Positions 5,981 through 13,615 of a stretch of 27,420 nucleotides of DNA are shown here, piece after piece (position 1 is the first letter of the stretch; every line of letters starts with the position of its first letter). This DNA is from a virus (lineage: Duplodnaviria; Caudoviricetes), in IMG/VR virus record IMGVR_UViG_3300025277_000121, positions 1-27,420 of that record; one strand, 5' to 3'. Under the pieces are notes generated by a model. It saw only the letters and a list, made by a program, of their open reading frames with translations. It did not search any database and was not told the origin of the DNA. Both the position numbers and the translations under genes were made by a program.

Positions 5981-7510
5981 ATGACTAACTCAGAACGTTT
6001 TTTTAGATTGTTCCGTGGCTACTCCGGAGCCTATGGTAGAACTACTGTTACGGGACAGAAGGCGAACGGTAAGGCTAAGGCAAACTCTTACATTGTTCGT
6101 GAACCGTTGACGGTAGAGCTCATAGATAAGCATTTGAGCGGTGCCATAGGCGTTGGTTCAATACCTATAAATGAGAATAGCCTTTCTCACTTTGGCTCGT
6201 TAGATCTGGATGACTACAACCTAGACTTGGTTGCAATTCACAAGGATGTAAGTCGATTAAAGATGCCTCTTGTTCCTTGCAGATCGAAGAGTGGAGGTGC
6301 CCATCTGAATGTGTTTCTATCAGAAGCGATGCCCGCGGTTGATTTGAGAGACATACTCGCGGAGTTTGCTTCAATTCTTGGCCATGGCACATGCGAGATC
6401 TTCCCCAAGCAGGATGAGGTGCGCACAGAGCGTGGTGACGTAGGGAACTTTATTAATCTCCCCTACCACAACGCGGAGTACACCACACGGTACGCCATTG
6501 ATGAGAACGGGGAGCCGCTTAGCCTTGAAGAGTTCTTGGACTTGGCGGAAGCGACTCGTTGTACGCCAGATGAATTGCGAGCTTTTGCAAAAGTCGCAGA
6601 CAACCTTCTACCAGACGGGCCGCCTTGCCTGCAACAACTAAGCAGCGGCGGCATACCTGAGGGAGGAAGAAACAATACCTTACTAAACATAGGGGTCTAT
6701 TACCGGCAGGCACACCCAGAGACATGGGCCGAAAAGCTAGAAGACTACAACAGAGAGTTTTGTTCCCCGGCGTTGCCTGCCAAAGAAATTGTCACTATAC
6801 AGAACCAGCTTGAGAAGAAGGATTATTACTACACCTGTAAGTCTGAACCGCTACACAGTCACTGCAATCGTGCTAAGTGTCGGTTGCGCAAGTTTGGTAT
6901 TGGAAACGGTCAAGCGTTACCTATGCTAAGCGGATTGACGGTTGTGGAGTCTGAACCGCCAGTGTGGTTTGTAGATGTTGATGGCTCGAGGCTTGAGCTC
7001 TCCACCAAGCAGTTGCAGATCCAGCAAGAGTTTCAGCGTGCTGCTATGGAGCAGATGTATAAGATGCCAGCTCGTATGAAAGAATCGGATTGGCGAGACT
7101 TGGTGGACGGTCTTTTAGAGAACGCAACGAGGATAGAAGTTCCTGATGAGCTGACTCACAAAGGGCTTTTTGTTGAATTGGTAGAGAACTTTTGCACCAG
7201 TCGCTTACAGGCACATTCCCCTGAGGAGTTGGTGGTAGGCAAGCCTTGGACAGAAGACAGTTACACATATTTTAAGTTGTCGGCACTTCAGGATTTTCTG
7301 AAGCGGCACAACTTTACGTACTATACCAGGGGGCAACTCACAGAACGGTTAAAGGAAATGAACGACGGCGGCAGGGCGATGCATCAATACAACTACAGAG
7401 ATGATCGCGGGGAGTGGAGAAACGTGCGAGTGTGGGGGATTCCAGAGGTGACCAAAGGCGATGTGGATCTACCAGATGTGGAGATGGTGCATAAGGAGAT
7501 GCCGTTCTGA
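5981..7510 (+). CDS. AEP-superfamily primase with PriCT-like, Cys-containing C-terminal region
   Basis: GSLDLD (DxD), RSKSGGAHL, EIFPKQ, GNFINLPY; then PPCL...EGGRNNTL...TC...HC...KC; start moved to ATG 5981 to avoid overlap with the SSB gene. Confidence 0.8.
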   Translation: MTNSERFFRLFRGYSGAYGRTTVTGQKANGKAKANSYIVREPLTVELIDKHLSGAIGVGSIPINENSLSHFGSLDLDDYNLDLVAIHKDVSRLKMPLVPCRSKSGGAHLNVFLSEAMPAVDLRDILAEFASILGHGTCEIFPKQDEVRTERGDVGNFINLPYHNAEYTTRYAIDENGEPLSLEEFLDLAEATRCTPDELRAFAKVADNLLPDGPPCLQQLSSGGIPEGGRNNTLLNIGVYYRQAHPETWAEKLEDYNREFCSPALPAKEIVTIQNQLEKKDYYYTCKSEPLHSHCNRAKCRLRKFGIGNGQALPMLSGLTVVESEPPVWFVDVDGSRLELSTKQLQIQQEFQRAAMEQMYKMPARMKESDWRDLVDGLLENATRIEVPDELTHKGLFVELVENFCTSRLQAHSPEELVVGKPWTEDSYTYFKLSALQDFLKRHNFTYYTRGQLTERLKEMNDGGRAMHQYNYRDDRGEWRNVRVWGIPEVTKGDVDLPDVEMVHKEMPF

Positions 7511-9051
7511 TGAATAAGACGGAGGTTACTTACCTAGGACCACCGGGGACCGGCAAGACCCAGCGTAACTCGAATTTAGTCCGTAAATGCATCGAGGACG
7601 GCATAGCGCCAGACAAGATTGCCAATGTGTCCTTCACTACACGGGCGGCAACAGAAAGCCAAGATCGCGTTTGCCATGATTGGGGATTGGAGGAAGATGG
7701 GCTTCCTTACTTTCAAACGTTGCACAGTATGGCGTTCAGGGCTGGTGGGTATAACCATAACGAAGTTATTGCAGGAGACGACTTAAAAGCCCTTGGCGAT
7801 TATCTCGGTATGGAGTTCAGTCGTCCTAAGAAGCGTTTTGAAACAGACCTCGAGCGTTTTGGTTTTACTACCGAAGGGGACAGATACCTCAATTTATACA
7901 GCTACGCTCGCAGTGTTTGCAAAGATTATGAAGAGGTGTTTCGGGTTAGGGGCGATGACAGAATGCAGTGGCCTGTGTTCAAACTTCTTGTGACTACCTA
8001 CGAGAAATATAAGCGCTTTTACCAGAAGATAGATTTCACAGACATGATTGAGCATTTTATTGCTATGGATACGTGCCCAGATATAGAGGCGCTTCTTTGT
8101 GACGAAGCTCAAGACTTGTCCACGTTGCAGTGGAAGATGATTTCTGTACTGAGACAGAAGCCTTCTATTCAAGCTTTTTTTGGTGATGACGACCAAGCCA
8201 TCATGAATTTTGCTGGAGCTGATGTAGCCGCCTTTCAGCAGTGCACGGAAAAGAAGGAGGTACTCACTCAATCTTATCGAGTGCCTCAAGCTGTACATGA
8301 AGTGGCTGAATCTATCTCCAAGAAAATTGTTGGTCGGTTGCCAAAAACATGGAGACCTAGGCCGTATCAAGGTTTTGTGTTTGAGCACTTAGGGCTTGAC
8401 AGCATTCCCTTGCATGAAGGCGAGTGGCTTTTGCTTACGAGGACAAATCGCTTAGCCGACAGATATGGAAGACTTTTGCGGGAGGCTGGCTGGGTATACA
8501 AGAATCGCCATGGCGATCCGTCTATTGTGCCTGGTTTGTTTGATGCCATTGTGGATTGGGAAGCTTGGATAAGAGGGGCCAAGCTTGTGCCTTCTCAAAT
8601 AAAGGGGATCTATTACTACTTAAAAGCCGATGTCGGTTATAGGGAAGGTTATGCGCCCAGTGCCAGAATCTTTTCGACGCTAGACGCTACGGTAGCTTTG
8701 TCGATGGATGAGGCAAGAGTTTCCTTAGGACTATTAGCACCTAAGGACATCTGGAAGCGAGCGTTGACTAAGGTTGACGATGAAACCAAGCACTATATTT
8801 TGAGTGCTAGGCGACGAGGCGACACCGTTAAAAACCCCAGAATTACTGTGAGCACCATTCATTCCATGAAGGGGGCGGAACGAGATAACGTTGTTTTAGT
8901 TCCGGAGTTGAACTGGGCAAGTTACGACGAATATCGAAGTAACCCAAACCCAGAGCACAGGGTTTGGTATGTGGCGGCCACTCGAGCAAAAGAAAGTTTG
9001 CATATTTTGAATTCCAATTCTCTTAGTCACCATTACGCTTATCCTATCTAG
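7510..9051 (+). CDS. UvrD/Rep-family SF1 helicase
   Basis: GPPGTGKT, TLHS, DEAQD, GDDDQAI, LTQSYR, STIHSMKGAE, YVAATRAK. Confidence 0.93.
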   Translation: MNKTEVTYLGPPGTGKTQRNSNLVRKCIEDGIAPDKIANVSFTTRAATESQDRVCHDWGLEEDGLPYFQTLHSMAFRAGGYNHNEVIAGDDLKALGDYLGMEFSRPKKRFETDLERFGFTTEGDRYLNLYSYARSVCKDYEEVFRVRGDDRMQWPVFKLLVTTYEKYKRFYQKIDFTDMIEHFIAMDTCPDIEALLCDEAQDLSTLQWKMISVLRQKPSIQAFFGDDDQAIMNFAGADVAAFQQCTEKKEVLTQSYRVPQAVHEVAESISKKIVGRLPKTWRPRPYQGFVFEHLGLDSIPLHEGEWLLLTRTNRLADRYGRLLREAGWVYKNRHGDPSIVPGLFDAIVDWEAWIRGAKLVPSQIKGIYYYLKADVGYREGYAPSARIFSTLDATVALSMDEARVSLGLLAPKDIWKRALTKVDDETKHYILSARRRGDTVKNPRITVSTIHSMKGAERDNVVLVPELNWASYDEYRSNPNPEHRVWYVAATRAKESLHILNSNSLSHHYAYPI

Positions 9052-9058
9052 ACGAAAA

Positions 9059-11005
9059 ATGATTGACGATTTTTTCAACGAGTCAGTTTGGAGTCCTCCT
9101 GAAGAGTTACCAAACTTGTCAGACGCTCCGATCATGGCAATTGACGTTGAGACGAGAGACCCTAATCTAAAAACGCTTGGCCCCGGATGGGTCAGGAATG
9201 ATGGCAATCTGATTGGAGTAGCCGTAGCGGTTGACGGCTGGTGTGCTTATCTGCCTTTTGGCCACGGTGATATAGGCAATAACCGTGGTTATGGGAACAT
9301 GTCCAAAACGTTAATCCTTCGCTGGCTTAAAGGTCAGTTAGCTCATGGGATGCCGGTTGTGTTTCACAACGCACAGTACGACCTAGGCTGGCTGCTGTCG
9401 GAGGGGGTTGATGTCAGGAACCCTATACTTGACACAATGGTTGCCGCTCCGTTGCTTGATGAGAACCGTTTTAGTTACGCGTTGAACTCGTTAGGAGCCA
9501 CGTACCTAGGGGAACGCAAGCAGGAGGATGATTTAAGGCGAGCTGCGGCGCAGCACGGTGTTGATGCCAAGGCAGAGATGTGGAAACTTCCTGCTGCCAG
9601 GGTCGCCTTGTACGCACAGACGGACGCTAGGCTGACCTTGGAGCTTTGGCATGTGCTGAGCAAGAAAATCCGTGCAGACGGCTGTCAGTCCATCTTGGAC
9701 CTAGAACTCTCGTTGTTACCCACGGTGTTTGAAATGCGGCGCCGCGGAGTTCGAGTTGATTTGGAGAAAGCGGAAAGAACCAAGAAGGGACTACTTGAGC
9801 TCGAGAACAAGCTACTGACAAAAGTGAAGAAGGAAACAGGCATCTGGGTTGAACCGTGGAACGCTAGAAGTTTGGCCAGTGTCTTTGACAATCTTGGTCT
9901 TGAGTATGGTCGAACGGCCAAGAGCGGTGCTCCAAGTTTTACCAAGCAGTTTTTAAAAACACACGAGCACCCTATTGCTAGGACTATTCTTGAGATAAGG
10001 GAGTACAACAAAGCCAATACGACTTTTGTGGATACGATTCTCAGCCACCAGCATGAAGGCCGTATTCATTGCGAGTTTAACCAGTTGCGCTCAGACGGTG
10101 GCGGTACGGTAACCGGGCGTTTTTCTTCCAGCCACCCCAATCTCCAGCAAATGCCCGCTAGGCATCCTGAGATTAAGAAGCTGATACGGGGTTTGTTCCT
10201 TCCAGAAGAGGGCTGCCGGTGGGGGAGCTTTGATTATTCTGCGCAGGAGCCGCGCTGGTTGATGCACTACGCTTGCCAATCTGAAGGCACTAAGGATAAT
10301 TCCGTCGTGCAAGAGATTATACGACGTTATCATGAGGATGATTTCGATTTCCACCAGATGGTAGCCGACTTAGCTGGAGTAGACAGGACGCTTGCTAAGA
10401 CACTTAATCTGGGAATCATGTACGGAATGGGGGTTGCCAAGATGGCAACCGTTCTCGGAGATACTTCTTTTCAAGAAGCCAAAGCCCTTCGGGATGAGTA
10501 CGAAGAGGAAGTTCCTTTTATCCGAGAGTTCGCCACGATAGTCATGGAGCAGGCACAGTTGCGCAAAGAGGTGAGAACCTTTCTAGGGCGTAAGTGCAGG
10601 TTCCCTATGCGCGAGCGGCCTTGGGAGAGGGGTTCCCCAGTCCACTACGAGACGATGGAGGCTGAGTGGCAGCAGATTATGGAGACTCCAGTGGCCAATC
10701 GGGCGGCCACTTACGGAACCAAGTGGCAGCTCTTAGATCCAGATAAGCTCAGGGTGGCTTTTACGTACAAGGCGCTGAACAAGTTGATTCAGGCTTCCAG
10801 CGCGGACCAAACTAAGCAGGCAATGGCGGATTGCACAAAGAACGGCTATCTGCCGATGCTGACCGTTCATGACGAGCTCTGCTTTTCCATTGAAACTGAC
10901 AGGCAGGTAGGTGAGATAAAAGAACTCATGGAGAAGTGCGTAGAGATGCGCGTTCCTTCAAGGATTGATGTCGGCATTGGCGACGATTGGGGAGCGGCAA
11001 AATGA
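9059..11005 (+). CDS. polA: Family A DNA polymerase (3'-5' exonuclease plus polymerase, no 5'-3' exonuclease), Leu762 type
   Basis: Exo motifs DVET, HNAQYD, YAQTD; TGRFSSSHPNLQQ; motif A DYSAQEPR; motif B RTLAKTLNLGIMYG; motif C TVHDEL. Confidence 0.96.
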   Translation: MIDDFFNESVWSPPEELPNLSDAPIMAIDVETRDPNLKTLGPGWVRNDGNLIGVAVAVDGWCAYLPFGHGDIGNNRGYGNMSKTLILRWLKGQLAHGMPVVFHNAQYDLGWLLSEGVDVRNPILDTMVAAPLLDENRFSYALNSLGATYLGERKQEDDLRRAAAQHGVDAKAEMWKLPAARVALYAQTDARLTLELWHVLSKKIRADGCQSILDLELSLLPTVFEMRRRGVRVDLEKAERTKKGLLELENKLLTKVKKETGIWVEPWNARSLASVFDNLGLEYGRTAKSGAPSFTKQFLKTHEHPIARTILEIREYNKANTTFVDTILSHQHEGRIHCEFNQLRSDGGGTVTGRFSSSHPNLQQMPARHPEIKKLIRGLFLPEEGCRWGSFDYSAQEPRWLMHYACQSEGTKDNSVVQEIIRRYHEDDFDFHQMVADLAGVDRTLAKTLNLGIMYGMGVAKMATVLGDTSFQEAKALRDEYEEEVPFIREFATIVMEQAQLRKEVRTFLGRKCRFPMRERPWERGSPVHYETMEAEWQQIMETPVANRAATYGTKWQLLDPDKLRVAFTYKALNKLIQASSADQTKQAMADCTKNGYLPMLTVHDELCFSIETDRQVGEIKELMEKCVEMRVPSRIDVGIGDDWGAAK

Positions 11006-11388
11006 AATTAAGGACAGTTGTGATGGGATACGTAAAAGTTCATGCTAGATTTAAATTAAGAAGCAGAGTTGAGCGGGATTTAATAGAAGTTCTGTTGTTG
11101 GAAAGAGGTGCTGATCCTGAAACCCTGAGAATAGAAGCCGAGTCTCGGGACCTAGTACATAAAGCCTTACGCAAACTGACTAGGAGAAGTCCTAGGGAAG
11201 CGGCGGCTGTCAAGCAGCGGTTTTTTGACGGGGCCACTTTCAAGCAAATTGGCAATAACCTATCTTGTGGCAGAGACCCCACCGGTCAGCAAAAGAAGAC
11301 AGTGCTCCAAGAACGGGGGCGGAGGTTGTATAAGAAAGGTATGAGAGACCTGCAAAGAATCATGTCGATCCCTCCGGAATTCTGGTAG
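11002..11388 (+). CDS. Sigma70 region-4-like HTH protein (no region 2 recognisable)
   Basis: ATGA overlap with polA; ALRKL...PREAAAVKQRFFDGATFKQIGNNL...VLQERGRRLYKKGMRDL resembles the region-4 consensus RE..V...RF...TL.E.G..F.VTRER.RQ...KALRKL. Confidence 0.65.
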   Translation: MKLRTVVMGYVKVHARFKLRSRVERDLIEVLLLERGADPETLRIEAESRDLVHKALRKLTRRSPREAAAVKQRFFDGATFKQIGNNLSCGRDPTGQQKKTVLQERGRRLYKKGMRDLQRIMSIPPEFW

Positions 11389-11395
11389 TAATTAG

Positions 11396-11881
11396 ATGAA
11401 TAGCCGTGACGAATGGAGGACTCCAGCATGGCTTTTTCGGCTGGCACAAAGCATGTTTGGGCCATACGTACTGGATGCGGCAGCGAGCGATAAGAATGCC
11501 CTTTGTGACCGTTTCTATGACCTAGAGAATGACGGCACCAACCAAGAATGGGTTGATGGTACGTGGTGTAATCCTCCTTACAGCAACATCACCCCGTGGG
11601 TTGACTGCGTAATTGAGCAGGACGTGCGGGCTACCCTATTGATTCCTTCTCCCAATGGAGAGTTAAGAGACCTAAGAGTTCTAACGGCTTGTTCTGAGAT
11701 AGTGTTCTTCCAGCAACGAATTGCCTTCATTAACCCAGACACTGGCGTGGCCCAAAAAGGTAACCCTCGAGGAAGCGTTCTGGTGCATTTTGGCGGTGCA
11801 GCAAAAGGTAACTCCCCGCGGCTCCGGGTTATTTCAAAAGCGACCATTGATCTTTACAGAAATTGGGGGATTCTCGCCTAA
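11396..11881 (+). CDS. dam: Phage DNA N6-adenine methyltransferase (phage Dam family)
   Basis: DEWRTP, LDAAAS..NA.C..FY, WCNPPYS catalytic motif, RIAF. Confidence 0.9.
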   Translation: MNSRDEWRTPAWLFRLAQSMFGPYVLDAAASDKNALCDRFYDLENDGTNQEWVDGTWCNPPYSNITPWVDCVIEQDVRATLLIPSPNGELRDLRVLTACSEIVFFQQRIAFINPDTGVAQKGNPRGSVLVHFGGAAKGNSPRLRVISKATIDLYRNWGILA

Positions 11882-11914
11882 AAAAAGCCCTACAAACGGT
11901 GCGATTGTAGGGCT
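11880..11914 (-). terminator. Intrinsic terminator on the - strand
   Basis: 10-bp stem AGCCCTACAA/TTGTAGGGCT (11886-11895 / 11905-11914) next to an A-run at 11880-11886, which reads as a U-tract on the - strand. Confidence 0.65.
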
Positions 11915-11979
11915 GAAATGGTGCGAATAGTGGGGCTGAGGGTCTGTCAGAGTCACATTCGCACTGGGGGATACAGACT
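11898..11979. other. Candidate structured RNA element (long interrupted hairpin, possible pseudoknot, imperfect tandem repeat)
   Basis: GTGCGAAT (11921-11928) pairs with ATTCGCAC (11957-11964), inner CTGA/TCAG; GTCTGT (11942-11947) is complementary to ACAGAC (11973-11978). Confidence 0.4.
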
Positions 11980-12012
11980 ATAGCGGTTTTTTGACGACGC
12001 AGCAAGAAGCGT

Positions 12013-12180
12013 CTAGATGTACTTCTCAGGGTGTGTCTTTTCTAGCCATTCACCGTAACTTTTCTTAGACCGCTTCCACTCTTCGTCACATTTCTTGTAA
12101 AGGTCGATTTCCGTGCCGCCCGTCCAGGTGACTCCGTACACGAAATACAATATAATTTTTAAGCCAGAACTTTTTACCAT
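12013..12180 (-). CDS. Possible small protein, 55 aa (MVKSSGLKIILYFVYGVTWTGGTEIDLYKKCDEEWKRSKKSYGEWLEKTHPEKYI)
   Basis: Open frame filling the gap and pointing at the - strand terminator; no RBS, and it overlaps the protease promoter, so it may be a remnant or spurious. Confidence 0.35.
   Translation of the reverse strand: MVKSSGLKIILYFVYGVTWTGGTEIDLYKKCDEEWKRSKKSYGEWLEKTHPEKYI
12128..12156 (+). promoter_or_regulatory. Sigma70-type promoter for the protease gene
   Basis: GTGACT (12128-12133), 17-nt spacer, TATAAT (12151-12156). Confidence 0.6.
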
Positions 12181-12202
12181 TTAATGCAAGAGGTTCGCCG
12201 TT

Positions 12203-13057
12203 ATGCTTAAAACGATACTGTTAATCGGAGCGTTGCTTGTCCTCCTAGTAAGCGGTAAGGCTAACGCCGCTCCTGCCATTCCGGGTTATCAACAAAAACA
12301 TAACGAAATGCTCTACACCGTTGTGCTAGTCCGTCCAAGCCGCGGATCGGGATCAGGCACCGTTATTTGGTCTCAACCAGACGCCGAAGGGGAGTACCAC
12401 TCGCTTATCCTTACGAACCACCATGTCGTGAGGCAGGCCATCAAGATCGAGGCGGCATGGGACCCCAAGCTTGGCAAAAAGGTTGACCGAGAAAAACGTA
12501 ATCTAGTGCGGGCCGAATGGCATATCTATAACGATTACTCGCACATGGTAGGGTCGAAATCGAGCCGCGCCGAAATTGTAGCGTACGACGCCAAGCTGGA
12601 CCTTGCTTTGCTCCGGCTCATCGACCGAGAACGGCAGGTAACTCCCGTAGCATATTTTCTCCCAGAAGACGAACCGATTTACCTATTTGACGCGGTCACC
12701 GCTGTGGGTGCCGGTCTTGGAGAGCCTCCGTTCGCAACACAAGGGAATCTGGCCTTTATGGATAAAATTATCGAAGGCGAGACTTATTTCCTTAGTTCCG
12801 CGCCGATAATCTTCGGAAACTCAGGAGGCGCCCTTTTCAGATATAGCCCCGAACGCACACGATATGAACTGATTGGAGTTCCCTCGAAAGTATCGGCGGC
12901 GGGCTGGCAAGCGGTCAGCCATATGACTTGGAGCATCCCGGTCAACAACACCGTTCGAGACTTTTTGCGTGGGAACTGCTACCACCCCGTATTAGACGAA
13001 CCTCTTGATGAAGAACTCTGCAAAAGTCTGGGGGAATTAAAAGATTTCGAGGATTAA
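12203..13057 (+). CDS. Secreted trypsin-like (S1/HtrA-type, no PDZ) serine protease
   Basis: Signal peptide MLKTILLIGALLVLLVSGKANA; catalytic triad motifs LTNHHVV, DLALL, GNSGGAL; GAGG RBS. Confidence 0.9.
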   Translation: MLKTILLIGALLVLLVSGKANAAPAIPGYQQKHNEMLYTVVLVRPSRGSGSGTVIWSQPDAEGEYHSLILTNHHVVRQAIKIEAAWDPKLGKKVDREKRNLVRAEWHIYNDYSHMVGSKSSRAEIVAYDAKLDLALLRLIDRERQVTPVAYFLPEDEPIYLFDAVTAVGAGLGEPPFATQGNLAFMDKIIEGETYFLSSAPIIFGNSGGALFRYSPERTRYELIGVPSKVSAAGWQAVSHMTWSIPVNNTVRDFLRGNCYHPVLDEPLDEELCKSLGELKDFED

Positions 13058-13074
13058 GTTTGGGAAGCGGTACA

Positions 13075-13236
13075 TTACATCACCTCAGGAGGACCCTCGG
13101 CGCAGGTGCAGTTCTCACAAACATAACGACCTTGCAAAAAGACAGTTTTAGGCTGGGCACATCCGCACTTAGGGCAGATTTGACCATGTACGTCCGTCGT
13201 ACTTTCTAGACTTTTTTCGGTTTGATTGTCCGACAT
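13075..13236 (-). CDS. Small Zn-ribbon protein, 53 aa
   Basis: CPKCGC...CENCTC; overlaps the endolysin 3' end by 68 nt; start uncertain. Confidence 0.5.
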   Translation of the reverse strand: MSDNQTEKSLESTTDVHGQICPKCGCAQPKTVFLQGRYVCENCTCAEGPPEVM

Positions 13237-13615
13237 AGCTACAGTGAACCCATCCGGAATGTGGCTCACCCTCCTTATGAAATTCCAAAATCAACTCATC
13301 AAAGTCAAGCTCGTTCTTAATCCATAGAGCGGTGTCCTTATTAGAGACACCGGGTACCTCGAAGTCTACAGCTTGCCCTGTTATATGTTGGCTAGTATCT
13401 GAAGAGCCAATCTGCCTGTTCAAAAGCACACAGCGAAAACCGCTTGATGGACTAATGGGCCTATTAAAATACTTTCTGACAGGCTCTAAAATGTGAAGGC
13501 ACAGTTTCTTGAGGTTTTCCACCTCCCCCAGACTAGGAATGTTATCTATCCTGTATCTTCTAGCCACCTGGGACTTGGTGAGCTCCTCAAGAGTGAAGTG
13601 CTCTGAAAGTTTCAT
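13169..13615 (-). CDS. Peptidase M15A family endolysin
   Basis: LSEHFTLEEL, SSGFRC..LN..IG, SQHITGQAVD (H-x6-D), WVHCSY. Confidence 0.92.
   Translation of the reverse strand: MKLSEHFTLEELTKSQVARRYRIDNIPSLGEVENLKKLCLHILEPVRKYFNRPISPSSGFRCVLLNRQIGSSDTSQHITGQAVDFEVPGVSNKDTALWIKNELDFDELILEFHKEGEPHSGWVHCSYVGQSNRKKSRKYDGRTWSNLP

Noticed and set aside
11396-11881. Restriction-modification system
   Set aside because: Orphan phage methylase with no adjacent endonuclease; target site cannot be read from the sequence
11915-12012. tRNA gene or known ribozyme
   Set aside because: No cloverleaf or T-loop GTTC motif, and no hammerhead, pistol or twister core recognised by eye; kept only as an unclassified structured element
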